Positions 10,647 to 20,729 of a stretch of DNA of 64,000 nucleotides are shown here, one piece after another (positions within the stretch are counted from its first letter, which is position 1; each line of letters opens with the position of its first letter). The position numbers and the translations under genes are program-made. Origin of the DNA: a virus; the IMG/VR virus record IMGVR_UViG_3300035034_000461, positions 1 through 64,000 of that record, one strand, 5' to 3'. The notes under the pieces were generated by a model. It was not told where the DNA came from. It ran no database searches and saw only the letters and a list, made by a program, of their open reading frames with translations.

Positions 10647-11330
10647 ATGAATTACGAAATTTTAAAAAATAGAGAGAAGTTCCAAGAATTTCTTGAGTGG
10701 CTACCGGACTGTAAAGAGAACGAGCAATTTTATATTGCACTTTTCTCCAGAAAAAAATATTGTCCCGAAGTCCCTTGGATCAAAAGTGATAAAGCGCAGC
10801 TTAAGCGAGGAACTTCAACCAAAGAGAGATTGGAGCAAAAGATCATGCAAATGGAATGTGCTTTTGGATCTTATAAGCATGGGGAAAATCCTGTTCCCCA
10901 AGAATCCTTGGCATTATACATCTCAACCAATCCAAGGGATCTATGGAAGGCTACAATACGCTCCATAGGAGCTTTGGCTAAGGTGGTGGAGTGCTATGGT
11001 CATAATTCCAACCCTCATCAGGAAGTGATGTCTGAGATTCAAAGAACGGCTGGAACTAGAAAATACATCACATTTGATATTGATGAGAAAAATGATAAGC
11101 TTCTGGAAGAAGTGATTGGTATCGTGGATGGTAAGTGTGACGTTCTGGAAACCCGTGGAGGTTATCATGTATTTGTTCACAAGGCACTTGTAGATGATAT
11201 CACGGATAAGAAGTGGTATAAGAGGATTACTGATATGCCAGCATGTGATCAAGCGGGAGATACTATGTCCCCCATTGCGGGGTGTTTACAGGGAATGTTT
11301 GTCCCCCACTTTATATATAGAATCAAATAA
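10647..11330 (+). CDS. Hypothetical protein, AEP/prim-pol-like motifs
   Basis: TFDIDE...ETRGGYH; ATG at +24 of the element. Confidence 0.5.
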   Translation: MNYEILKNREKFQEFLEWLPDCKENEQFYIALFSRKKYCPEVPWIKSDKAQLKRGTSTKERLEQKIMQMECAFGSYKHGENPVPQESLALYISTNPRDLWKATIRSIGALAKVVECYGHNSNPHQEVMSEIQRTAGTRKYITFDIDEKNDKLLEEVIGIVDGKCDVLETRGGYHVFVHKALVDDITDKKWYKRITDMPACDQAGDTMSPIAGCLQGMFVPHFIYRIK

Positions 11331-11594
11331 TATGACAGGATTAACTTGGAAAGACGAACAATTTTGGAAAAATGTTGTAGATGCAACATTAAGATCGGAC
11401 GTGGAAAATTGGATTAATGTTATTCATTCTGGTAACGCCATTGAGTTTGAGTGGATGGAAGATGTGCAGGTTCTACCTATTGTATGTTATATGGACGCCA
11501 GAACCCCCTGTCAAATTAGCATGTCAGAGCCTCCTCCGTGGTTGATGTTGCGAATGATACTAGCATTTGATAAAAACTAGGATACAATCGAATT

Positions 11595-11993
11595 ATGGAA
11601 ACAAGTAAAAATGAGCTTAGGATGTATTTCTTCGTAATGGGCAATATTAGTGGCCGACAACAGGGCATACAAGCGGGACATGCCGCATTGGAATATTCCA
11701 TTTATCATGGGAACTCGGATGAATATAAAGATTTTGTGAATAATCATAAAACTTTCATTCTATTGGATGGTGGGGGATCTGAGGCTATGATTAAAAGGAT
11801 TGAGGAAATACACAACTTCAAAATTCCATGTGCATTGTTCACTGAGCCAGACCTCGGTAACTCCGTAAGTGCTATCGCGTTTATATTACCCGATACTGTT
11901 TATAATTACGATACCTCACCACCTGATTATGAATCTTCTGAGGAATTCAATATCAATGCATGGATTAAGGGTTTTAAATTAGCTAGTAATTAA
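11595..11993 (+). CDS. Peptidyl-tRNA hydrolase type 2-like protein
   Basis: GQQ-like GRQQGIQAGHAALE, KTFILL, FTEPDLGNSVSAIA. Confidence 0.75.
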   Translation: METSKNELRMYFFVMGNISGRQQGIQAGHAALEYSIYHGNSDEYKDFVNNHKTFILLDGGGSEAMIKRIEEIHNFKIPCALFTEPDLGNSVSAIAFILPDTVYNYDTSPPDYESSEEFNINAWIKGFKLASN

Positions 11994-11996
11994 TAT

Positions 11997-12416
11997 ATGA
12001 AATTTGAAAACTCGGAAAGAACGGTTATCATAACTAGGGGGACAAGTGGTGCGGGTAAAACCACTTTTTGTGATATTATCGCAGAACCTAAAATTATATG
12101 TTGTGCGGATGATCATTTTTATAAGGATGGTGTTTATACATTCGTTCTTGAGGAACTTGGACATGCTCATAAGAAATGTCAAAATAAATTCAATGAAGCT
12201 CTTGATGATAACAGATTAAAAAATATCATTGTGGCCAATACAAATGTGTCCCCAAGAGACTTTGCATATTACGTCATGAGAGCGGAGCAAGAAAATATTA
12301 AGGTAACTTATGTTGTAATTGAGAAACGTCATGATAATATCAATTCCCACGCATGTCCTGAACACGTTTTGGAACTCCAAGAACGAAATCTTAGAAGTAG
12401 CCTGAAACTTAGATAA
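11997..12416 (+). CDS. P-loop (AAA_33/polynucleotide kinase-like) kinase
   Basis: RGTSGAGKTT, CADDHF, IIVANTN. Confidence 0.85.
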   Translation: MKFENSERTVIITRGTSGAGKTTFCDIIAEPKIICCADDHFYKDGVYTFVLEELGHAHKKCQNKFNEALDDNRLKNIIVANTNVSPRDFAYYVMRAEQENIKVTYVVIEKRHDNINSHACPEHVLELQERNLRSSLKLR

Positions 12417-12418
12417 TT

Positions 12419-12871
12419 ATGAAAGAATTTTTAATAGAATATGAAAATGAAATTTGTTCGGAGTTTGGAAACGAATCGTGGTTTAGGGAAAGGGAAGAAA
12501 GGAGCTTTGAAAAGGCTAGGAAAATTCCCGAATCGGAATATAACGGTCCGGTATTTGATGACGATACTTTTTATTACTCAGTTGAGGAGTTCTATGATAT
12601 GTGGGTGTGTGATGGGAATGATGAAGATGAAGACATGGAACTTCCCAAGTTTCTAACATCATCAGAAGAAAGACGAACCATACGTCCAGAAGATCTTGAT
12701 CATGCCATTGAAAATATTATGGAAAATGTCGAATTAGATGAATTGCCTGAGTATCACATTCCTCAATATCTAAGGGATGCGTGGGATAAGTTCTGCGAGG
12801 AAGAGAGTAGCACATATTATATGAGGGATGACGATGAGGTTGTTATTTTGGAGGGTTTGAAAAATGAGTAA
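12419..12871 (+). CDS. Hypothetical acidic protein
   Basis: Tightly packed in the operon. Confidence 0.6.
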   Translation: MKEFLIEYENEICSEFGNESWFREREERSFEKARKIPESEYNGPVFDDDTFYYSVEEFYDMWVCDGNDEDEDMELPKFLTSSEERRTIRPEDLDHAIENIMENVELDELPEYHIPQYLRDAWDKFCEEESSTYYMRDDDEVVILEGLKNE

Positions 12872-13511
12872 ACTGATAGCCGTAGGTGACATTCATGGAG
12901 AACTATATCAATTGCAGAAAGTTTTCAACAAGCTTTCAATTGACAAAGGGGATAAGATTATTTTCCTTGGGGATTACATTGATCGTGGGAATCATAGTAA
13001 GCAGGTGATTGATTTTATCATAGATCTTAAAAATAGACATGATGTGATATGCCTTCAGGGTAATCATGAGATGATGGCTATGGATGTGAACGATGGAAAA
13101 GGGGGTTGGCAAATGTTCTCATCTTGGATGATGAATGGTGGTCGGACATGCCTAGATTCATATGGACAACATCTCAACCAGTTGGATGTGATGTTTGATA
13201 TTCATGGGGAATTTTTCAATTCTTTGAAACTCTACCACGAAGAGGAAAATTATATTTTTGTCCATGGTTATCTTGATTCTGATGAGGATTTAGATAAGCA
13301 GAGTGGGTGGTCAGTCCTCTGGAATAGGTTTGAGGATATCCACCCTCATAAATCGGGTAAGACTGTTGTGTGTGGTCATACAGTCCAAAAGGGAGGTATC
13401 ACTGATATGGGTTATAAAATATGTATTGATACGGGATCTTGTTTTCCGAGTGGTTATTTGACTGCCATGATAATTGATGGCGTTAAGGTGAGCTACGTGG
13501 ATAGTCGATAA
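12864..13511 (+). CDS. Ser/Thr protein phosphatase-family metallophosphoesterase
   Basis: GDIHG, LGDYIDRG, GNHE, CGHT, IDTG. Confidence 0.92.
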   Translation: MSKLIAVGDIHGELYQLQKVFNKLSIDKGDKIIFLGDYIDRGNHSKQVIDFIIDLKNRHDVICLQGNHEMMAMDVNDGKGGWQMFSSWMMNGGRTCLDSYGQHLNQLDVMFDIHGEFFNSLKLYHEEENYIFVHGYLDSDEDLDKQSGWSVLWNRFEDIHPHKSGKTVVCGHTVQKGGITDMGYKICIDTGSCFPSGYLTAMIIDGVKVSYVDSR

Positions 13512-13774
13512 AAACTAGGATACAATTTGGGGATGAAACGAGAAAAAGTGAAGCAATCTATGACCATTCAAAAATTTAAACCCTCAACAAAGTTCACCAC
13601 CTATAGAAATGGTGGCGTCGCTGAAATTATATACGTGGATAGAAAGAACACCCTTTATTGCGTTTTGTCCCTTGACAATGAGGGTAATATGATTCATCAT
13701 CTTGCCAACGGAAGGGTAAATCTTAGCGAAGGGGCAGATTCCCCACGCGATCTCATTTTATAAAAATAAACAAT

Positions 13775-14854
13775 ATGAAATTACCAGATCCAGAACAATT
13801 TAAACTTAAAGATTGCACCATTGGCGGTGATGATTGCTGGCTTATCACGCCTAACAATATCACGGCAAAGTGGGATGAGTATAACCTATGGTTCCGATCT
13901 ATCATCATTCGTAAGAGTGATAGTTACGTGGTGAACTGTTCGTTTGGAAAATTTTTCAACTTCGCAGAGAAGCCTGATTTATCACCATTTCCACTAGATC
14001 AACCATTTGAGATTTTGGAGAAACATGACGGATCTACATTAGTTGTCGGTTCTCATAATGGAGAACTCATTCACCGGACTCGGGGTAATACTAATGCTGA
14101 ACAATTAGATAATGGGCATGAAATTGAATTCTTGAAAAATAAATATCCCAAGGTATTCAACGCCGTATATGATCATCATGATTACACATTTTTATATGAA
14201 TGGGAAACTCCCAACAATGTGATAGTCATAAGGCGGGTATCTGAACCCACTCTTACATTAATTGGGTGCGTCGATAATCGAAACCTTAGATATATAAGTC
14301 AGGAGGACTTGGACGCAATGGGTGAGATACTTGGCGTTGATCGACCTAAGAGATTTGAATTTAATTCTATATCATCTTGTATTGAGGAGGTTGGAGAGTG
14401 GAAGGATAGCGAGGGCATCGTCATCTATTCAAAGGATGGACAATCACTTCGTAAGATTAAAGCTTCCCTATATCTAAAATTACATTCTCTCCTATCAGGA
14501 CTTAAAAATGTCAATAACGTATTGGATGTGTTTATGGAATCTCCGAAGTTCACCACATCAGAGGATTTTTACGACTATTTGAACATCACCATGGATTTTG
14601 AAATTGCGGAAAGATGTAAAGATTTCATCGAAGAAATTATTCCAGCGTATAATGAAGCTCTGATTAAAATTGGAAGAGTTGAGGATTTTTTGAAGACCAT
14701 CAAAACAGGATTCTCTCGTAAGGAACAAGCTATTGAAATTCAGAAACATTGGAGCGATTGGCGCGTATCCTTCAGTTTCCAAATTCTTGACAATAAGGAA
14801 CTGGACGATAAGATCTTGCGTAGGGCAATTGAAGCAGAACTTATTAAAAAGTAG
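13775..14854 (+). CDS. T4 Rnl1-like RNA ligase
   Basis: KFFNF, EKHDGS (motif I), TFLYE, EGIVI, RKIK. Confidence 0.88.
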   Translation: MKLPDPEQFKLKDCTIGGDDCWLITPNNITAKWDEYNLWFRSIIIRKSDSYVVNCSFGKFFNFAEKPDLSPFPLDQPFEILEKHDGSTLVVGSHNGELIHRTRGNTNAEQLDNGHEIEFLKNKYPKVFNAVYDHHDYTFLYEWETPNNVIVIRRVSEPTLTLIGCVDNRNLRYISQEDLDAMGEILGVDRPKRFEFNSISSCIEEVGEWKDSEGIVIYSKDGQSLRKIKASLYLKLHSLLSGLKNVNNVLDVFMESPKFTTSEDFYDYLNITMDFEIAERCKDFIEEIIPAYNEALIKIGRVEDFLKTIKTGFSRKEQAIEIQKHWSDWRVSFSFQILDNKELDDKILRRAIEAELIKK

Positions 14855-14866
14855 AATACAATAATC

Positions 14867-15106
14867 ATGAAGAAAATAACATTACTAACTAGCAAAATCT
14901 GTGGTCCGAGTGTCATGCTTAGAAATAAACTTGAGGATGCTGATATAAAAATTGAGGCATTGGAAATTCTTGATAATATTGTCATTGCTAAGAAATATGG
15001 TATTAGATCTGTGCCACGTTTAATTGTGGAAGAAGAGTCTGGAGAATTTGAAGTAATTCAAGGGACGGATTATATAGTGCAAGCAATCAAAGATAACCAA
15101 TTATGA
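14867..15106 (+). CDS. Thioredoxin/glutaredoxin-like protein (CxxS)
   Basis: CGPS active site; KYGIRSVPRL cis-Pro loop. Confidence 0.75.
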   Translation: MKKITLLTSKICGPSVMLRNKLEDADIKIEALEILDNIVIAKKYGIRSVPRLIVEEESGEFEVIQGTDYIVQAIKDNQL

Positions 15107-15220
15107 AAATTACCAAAGAATACATATTAAAAATTTATAAAAGTTGGAATGATCGTGAACTTATTCTATGTAACTTAGAACGTGATCGCCTTGAAAAACA
15201 TGAATGAAACGAAAGACATT

Positions 15221-15406
15221 ATGAAGCCAAAAACTCCAGAGACTACCCGCCGTGGGAGGTTATCTACTGCGTGTTGTTCTCCTTTTTTGGATGGGGTGCA
15301 ACTAATGAAGGGCGATTGCCTAGAACGAATGAAGGAGATACCAGACGGGTCAGTAGATATGATCCTGACTGATCCACCGACATTTACCATTGACAACCGT
15401 ATATAG
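15221..15406 (+). pseudogene. DNA methyltransferase N-terminal fragment, copy 1 (ends at DPP)
   Basis: GDCLERMKEIPDGSVDMILTDPP, then unrelated sequence from 15380. Confidence 0.85.
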
Positions 15407-15418
15407 CTGGGGTATATT
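15390..15418 (+). promoter_or_regulatory. Sigma70-type promoter for the HNH gene
   Basis: TTGACA-17 nt-TATATT; ATG 6 nt downstream. Confidence 0.75.
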
Positions 15419-15424
15419 TCCTAT

Positions 15425-16051
15425 ATGAAAAATACAGAACAAAATATTATTGAAGGATATAGGCGCGGAGAAACAAGTCTGCGTGACGTAGCCCTCCTGT
15501 GCTGTACGGATCACCATAGAGTTAAACGAGTGTTAGAGGCTAATGGTATTGAGGTCATAAAGGCTAAGTGCAAGCCTTTCACTAAAGAGCATCGCAGGAA
15601 AATAGGCATGAAATCAAAAGGTAGACAATCAAATCTAGGCAAAAAAATGCCTAAAAGCTCTCTATATAAGAACATGGCCGCACACATCCGGTTCGACGTA
15701 ACAAGCAAATGGCTATCAGGCTTTAGTGATGTAGAGAAGTTAAAGTTCCTGAACTCCGCAATAACAAGGCGCGGTGGAAGGTTTGACCTAACAACTAATG
15801 ACTACGTTGGATATATTGAAAAATTCTATGACGACCGCCAATTTAACGATATTTATTTTGCGTGGATCACCTCTCAAAAGAATAAGTGGATCAGGCCGAC
15901 GATAGACCATATCAATCCAAGAGCGAACGGGGGAGAAAACGATTTAGACAACCTGCAATTCTTAACATGGTTCGAGAATAGAGCAAAGTGCGATATGACA
16001 CAGGCAGAATGGGATAACGTAAAATTAAACATGAAGGATTATCTAATATGA
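15425..16051 (+). CDS. HNH homing endonuclease (NUMOD3-like motif)
   Basis: TIDHINPRANGGENDLDNLQFLTWFENRAK; FTKEHRRKIG. Confidence 0.9.
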   Translation: MKNTEQNIIEGYRRGETSLRDVALLCCTDHHRVKRVLEANGIEVIKAKCKPFTKEHRRKIGMKSKGRQSNLGKKMPKSSLYKNMAAHIRFDVTSKWLSGFSDVEKLKFLNSAITRRGGRFDLTTNDYVGYIEKFYDDRQFNDIYFAWITSQKNKWIRPTIDHINPRANGGENDLDNLQFLTWFENRAKCDMTQAEWDNVKLNMKDYLI

Positions 16052-16836
16052 CAACCAATGGAGACTTGGGTTTGTCAGCATCTGATTTTCGTCTGTGGCA
16101 GGGTGACTGTCTGGAAGAAATGAAACGTATCCCCGATAACTCGGTGGATATGGTGCTGACAGACCCTCCTTAACTTTACGGAACGACCGCTTGCAAATGG
16201 GATTCGATTATTGACTTACCACTAATGTGGGAGCAGCTGAAGCGGATCATCAAGCCTAATGGGGCTATTGTGATGACTGCAAGCCAACCGTTCACCTCCG
16301 CACTTGTAATGAGCAACCCAAAGTGGTTCAAGCATGAATGGATATGGCATAAATCAAAATCAGGTAGCGCATTCACTGCTAAATTCCGCCCTATGGCGAA
16401 ACACGAAAGTATTCTCGTCTTTGGGAAAGGTCGAGTAGCCTACACTCCCCAAATGACGGCAGGAGAACCTTACTCTCGGACACGGAAACCCCCTCCGATC
16501 AATAACCATAAGCTAGGGCTTGGGTGTAAAGGTGAATCTACAACGGTAAATACAGGGACTCGCTACCCCGAAAGCGTCCAGTTCTTTCAGCAAAAATGGA
16601 GGAGGCAAGACCAAGTGCACCCAACACAAAAGCCCGTTGCACTCATGGAATACCTCATAAAAACCTATACCAATGAAGGCGAAACAGTCCTTGATTTTAC
16701 AATGGGAAGTGGGACGACTGGCGTTGCTTGTGTGAACCTAAACCGTGGCTTCATTGGTATTGAATTAGATGAAAAATATTTCCAGATAGCCTCTGAACGA
16801 ATCCATGGTGGGATCACAGCAGAAGATTGTTTCTAA
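16048..16836 (+). CDS. Beta-class N6A/N4C DNA methyltransferase with in-frame TAA-CTT inside DPPY
   Basis: One frame from ATG 16048: GDCLEEMKRIPDNSVDMVLTDPP*LYGTTACKWD...HPTQKP...LDFTMGSGTTG. Confidence 0.85.
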
Positions 16837-16881
16837 TAAAACCCATTGACAGATAACAAAATAACCAGTATAAATAACAAC

Positions 16882-17169
16882 ATGCCAAAAGAAACAATGA
16901 CACCAACAGGATCTAATCTTAAATTTGCTAAAGAAATGAAGGGGATATTCGGAGAATATAAGACAACATGGTTGTGCCCTATCATGTTGAGTATCAACAA
17001 GGTTTGCCTAGATGTGTGTGAACTTGATAAATACTTACAAAACAGGTTCAAATATGATGAGGGGACAGATATTTCGATGCGAGATTATGTCACAGAAAAA
17101 TATGGGGAACAAGCGATGGGAACAATTCAAAGGTGGGTAAAAGGGGAGCAAGCTTTCCAAAAGAAATAA
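16882..17169 (+). CDS. Hypothetical protein
   Basis: ORF following the methylase. Confidence 0.55.
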   Translation: MPKETMTPTGSNLKFAKEMKGIFGEYKTTWLCPIMLSINKVCLDVCELDKYLQNRFKYDEGTDISMRDYVTEKYGEQAMGTIQRWVKGEQAFQKK

Positions 17170-17262
17170 ATGAAGAAAAATCTCTTTATTGTGTTGACGA
17201 ATAGATAGGATGTGGTAATCTTTAATTATCGAAAGGGAGGAAACGCCGAACGATAAACAACC

Positions 17263-17580
17263 ATGAAAACAATCGCCCAACAACTAAACATCACGGACTT
17301 CCCATTCATCATCAAGCATAATAACGGGAAACAAACTTACTACGAAGATTCGACAGGATATTGGGGCAAACGAGAATATGATTCAAACAGTAACCAAACT
17401 TACTTCGAAAATTCGACGGGGTATTGGAGCAAACTTGAATACGATTCGAACGGAAACAAAACTTACTACGAAAATTCAGAAGATGACATCATCGACGACA
17501 GACCAAAGACAACTTTCACCATGAAGGAAATCGCAGAAAAGCTTGGTGTTGCTGTAGAAACACTCCAAATCAAAGACTGA
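17263..17580 (+). CDS. MKTIAQQL 21-aa-repeat family protein
   Basis: Conserved head, repeats, KEIAEKLGV tail; 105 aa. Confidence 0.9.
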   Translation: MKTIAQQLNITDFPFIIKHNNGKQTYYEDSTGYWGKREYDSNSNQTYFENSTGYWSKLEYDSNGNKTYYENSEDDIIDDRPKTTFTMKEIAEKLGVAVETLQIKD

Positions 17581-17583
17581 AAT

Positions 17584-17901
17584 ATGAAAACAATTGCACA
17601 ACAACTCAACATTAAGGATTTTCCGTTTACTATCAGAGATAAGAAAGGCCGCCAGATTTACTACGAAGCTTCGTATGGATACTGGATTAAATATGAATAC
17701 GATTCGAACGACAATCTAATTCACTGCGAATATTCCGACGGACATTGGGCAGAATACGAATACGATTCAAACGGCAATCAGACTTTCTCCGAAGATTCAA
17801 AAGGACACATCATCGATAATAGACCAAAGAATACTTTCACCATCAAGGAACTCGCCGAGAAGCTTGGAGTTCCTGTAGAAACCCTTCGTATCAAAGACTG
17901 A
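17584..17901 (+). CDS. MKTIAQQL 21-aa-repeat family protein
   Basis: Paralog, 105 aa. Confidence 0.9.
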   Translation: MKTIAQQLNIKDFPFTIRDKKGRQIYYEASYGYWIKYEYDSNDNLIHCEYSDGHWAEYEYDSNGNQTFSEDSKGHIIDNRPKNTFTIKELAEKLGVPVETLRIKD

Positions 17902-17905
17902 TATT

Positions 17906-18286
17906 ATGAAAACAATCGCACAGCAACTCAACGTCAAGGATTTTCCGTTTATCATCAAGGATAAGAACGGCAATCCGACTTACTTCGAATATTCCGTCGG
18001 AAATTGGTCAAAATACGAATACGATTCAAACGGCAATCAAATCTACTTCGAAAATTCAGACGGATTCTGGATCAAACGGAAATACGATTCAAACGGCAAT
18101 CAGACTTACTTCAAATATTCAGACGGATATTGGTCCAAATTCGAATATGATTCAAACGGCAAAGAAATCTACTGCGAAGATTCATATGGATATATCATCG
18201 ATAACAGACCAAAGACTACTTTCACCATGAAGGAACTCGCAGACAAGCTTGGAGTTGCTGTAGAAACCCTGCAAATCAAAGACTGA
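17906..18286 (+). CDS. MKTIAQQL 21-aa-repeat family protein
   Basis: Paralog, 126 aa. Confidence 0.9.
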   Translation: MKTIAQQLNVKDFPFIIKDKNGNPTYFEYSVGNWSKYEYDSNGNQIYFENSDGFWIKRKYDSNGNQTYFKYSDGYWSKFEYDSNGKEIYCEDSYGYIIDNRPKTTFTMKELADKLGVAVETLQIKD

Positions 18287-18333
18287 TATTATGAAAACAA
18301 TTGCACAACATCGAAACATTAAAGAATAATATC

Positions 18334-18594
18334 ATGAAAACAATTGCACAGCAACTAAACGTTAAAGACTTTCCGTTTATCATCAACGATAAGAACGGGG
18401 ATACGATCTACTACGAATATTCAGACGGATTCTGGATCAAACGGGAATACGATTCAAACGGCAATCAGACTTACTTCGAATATTCAGACGGATTCGTCTA
18501 TAGCGTCGATAATAAACCAAAGAATACTTTCAGCATGAAGGAACTTGCAGACAAACTGGGAGTTCCAATCGAAACCCTCCGCATTAAAGACTGA
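18334..18594 (+). CDS. MKTIAQQL 21-aa-repeat family protein
   Basis: Paralog; preceded by a 12-codon truncated copy at 18291-18329. Confidence 0.9.
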   Translation: MKTIAQQLNVKDFPFIINDKNGDTIYYEYSDGFWIKREYDSNGNQTYFEYSDGFVYSVDNKPKNTFSMKELADKLGVPIETLRIKD

Positions 18595-18810
18595 AAACTA
18601 AAAGATAATAAATCATGAAAATAAAATATTACAATGACGATAAGGAGAAAGATCAATCCCATGAGTTACATGTAGATGAGTTCCAAAGCGAGATTGAGGG
18701 AAATTGGGATGTATCTATTAGCGCGTATGGGAAAGATAGGGACGAGGCTGGAGTAAATCTATTGAAGTAGATTAGTTTGCTGAGAGATTATCTGGAAGAA
18801 CAATTAGAAT

Positions 18811-19470
18811 ATGTATAAAATTATAAAACATAAATGGGATGATCGCAATAAGCTATTTTTCTCATCAGATTGGCACAACTTCCACGAAGCTATGGCTTGG
18901 GATGTCCCTATCTGGAAAGGAAGGGGGTATTCATCGCCTGAAGAATCTTGGCAGGATGTGATCAATAAAATTAACGCTAGGGTGGGAGAGCACGATACAA
19001 TTTATTATCTTGGTGATTCTTTTCTCAATGTGAAAGATGATCTTGATGTTGAAGATTGGTTTGCTAAGATCAAATGTCAGAACATTATGTATTTGATGGG
19101 AAATCATGAAAGCACTCCATATCGCATTTACAAGCAACAGGTTAAAGAACAATATGGATTGGATGATGTTGAGGTATATCCCCTAAAGTGGAAGAATGTG
19201 ACATTCCTTGGGAATCATCAGGAAATACTTGTCGGGAAAAAAGTGATTGTGCTAAACCATTTTCCGATCAGTTCCCATCACCACGCTGGGCGGGGTTCGT
19301 GGGGGCTATTTGGACACACACACGGAAACTATGAACAAACATTACCGCAGTATCCAATTGGTAAAAGGTTAGATATGTCTTGGGACGTTAAAAACGATAT
19401 TTGGTCTTTTGATGAAATATATGATGTTATGTCCACTAAGACAGTGGAGGTATTGGATCATGCAAGATGA
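18811..19470 (+). CDS. Calcineurin-like metallophosphoesterase
   Basis: SDWHNFH, YLGDS, GNHE, NHFP, FGHTHG. Confidence 0.9.
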   Translation: MYKIIKHKWDDRNKLFFSSDWHNFHEAMAWDVPIWKGRGYSSPEESWQDVINKINARVGEHDTIYYLGDSFLNVKDDLDVEDWFAKIKCQNIMYLMGNHESTPYRIYKQQVKEQYGLDDVEVYPLKWKNVTFLGNHQEILVGKKVIVLNHFPISSHHHAGRGSWGLFGHTHGNYEQTLPQYPIGKRLDMSWDVKNDIWSFDEIYDVMSTKTVEVLDHAR

Positions 19471-19992
19471 AATTAAAGATATTATAATGGCTGCTGAAGA
19501 TCTTATATATCTATACCCATTATATAGAGATCATCCAAGGGAAGAGGATTTAATTGCTTGGGAAAATTTACAAATAGCTATTTTTAATTTTAAAGAATAT
19601 GACAGAAGAAATGAAGTGGGAAGATAAAATAGAAGAAATTGAAGATGAATTGAATGATTTGAAATTTTCTGTGAAACATGAAACTGAGGACTTGCAAATT
19701 CTAAATGATAAGATACAATTACTCAAAGAGAAACACCAAGAGTTTATGGATGATCTTTTAATTGAACAGATACTAGAAAGGGTAACACGAGAACACTATG
19801 GAAAAGTTGACTAACATTTCGGGAAACATTAAATGGAAAATTCTATAAAATTCAAATGTTCAATTTGTGGGAATCCATGTAAGGAGAGTGGGGAAATATT
19901 ACCATCTCTAGATCCTCAAACGATTGATCGGAGTGCTATAGAGGTTCCATGTGAATGTTGTTACACTATCCCAATTTTAAAAATATAAATTT

Positions 19993-20214
19993 ATGAACAA
20001 ACAAAATAAAAAAAATAAAGCATGGCTTCGTAATCCAGATCAAATCAAAAATCCTAAAATTTTTCGTGCTGAGTTTACGCAAAATAAGGATGGATCATTT
20101 CGAATGCTGGAGAGCAATGTTCTCACTAGGAGGAATCAGTATACTGGAGAGTGGACACGCATGAACACACGAGACTTTTCACGCGAGCTGAGACATAAAC
20201 TCGTATCCGAGTAA
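19993..20214 (+). CDS. Hypothetical basic protein
   Basis: Stop codon is the TAA of the next element. Confidence 0.6.
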   Translation: MNKQNKKNKAWLRNPDQIKNPKIFRAEFTQNKDGSFRMLESNVLTRRNQYTGEWTRMNTRDFSRELRHKLVSE

Positions 20215-20235
20215 AAACTAGGATAGAATAAGCTT

Positions 20236-20394
20236 ACCGGACGACTGGACGTATCACGGGAATTTGCAACAAATAGATACAACCAGTGACAGCGGGAGAG
20301 AACTGCGCGGATTTATAAATTCTAGAAAAGTAAGCTTGAATATTCTGGGATATCAACAATAATTGAAGCTCGGTGAGGTGCAAAGCCTCTACCA
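20236..20394 (+). ncRNA. Candidate structured ncRNA, about 160 nt
   Basis: Element at 20212 has no ATG at +24; 5' ACCGG can pair with TCGGT at 20370; ends GAGG-TGCAAAG-CCTC-TACCA. Confidence 0.5.
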
Positions 20395-20432
20395 TTTTAA
20401 AATCACAAAAACGTAAATCGAAGAATAACAAT

Positions 20433-20705
20433 ATGATAGACAACAAGTCCATTACTGATCCACATACCAAGCTTATTGGTAGAATGCAGAAAAAGATCGA
20501 TAGTCGCAATCGTAAGATCGAGGGCATGGCTCGGAAAATTGATACTCTGGAAGCTACCTTAGCTTGGAGAAATATCGATCTTGAATCAATATCAAGAAAT
20601 CTCAAACAGGAAGTAGAGAACGCTCTTTGCAATGTCAGGATGATTCCCGTGGGGGGTATGAGCAAAACTTCAAAAATTTTAGAGATTCGGACAGTTGATG
20701 AATAG
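20433..20705 (+). CDS. Hypothetical coiled-coil protein
   Basis: ATG after an A-rich leader. Confidence 0.55.
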   Translation: MIDNKSITDPHTKLIGRMQKKIDSRNRKIEGMARKIDTLEATLAWRNIDLESISRNLKQEVENALCNVRMIPVGGMSKTSKILEIRTVDE

Positions 20706-20729
20706 TAAAAACTAGGATATAATAACCCC

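Noticed and set aside
15380-16176. Canonical group I intron or intein in the methylase
   Set aside because: No room for a ribozyme core, the ends lack exon U and terminal G, and the insert is not an in-frame protein
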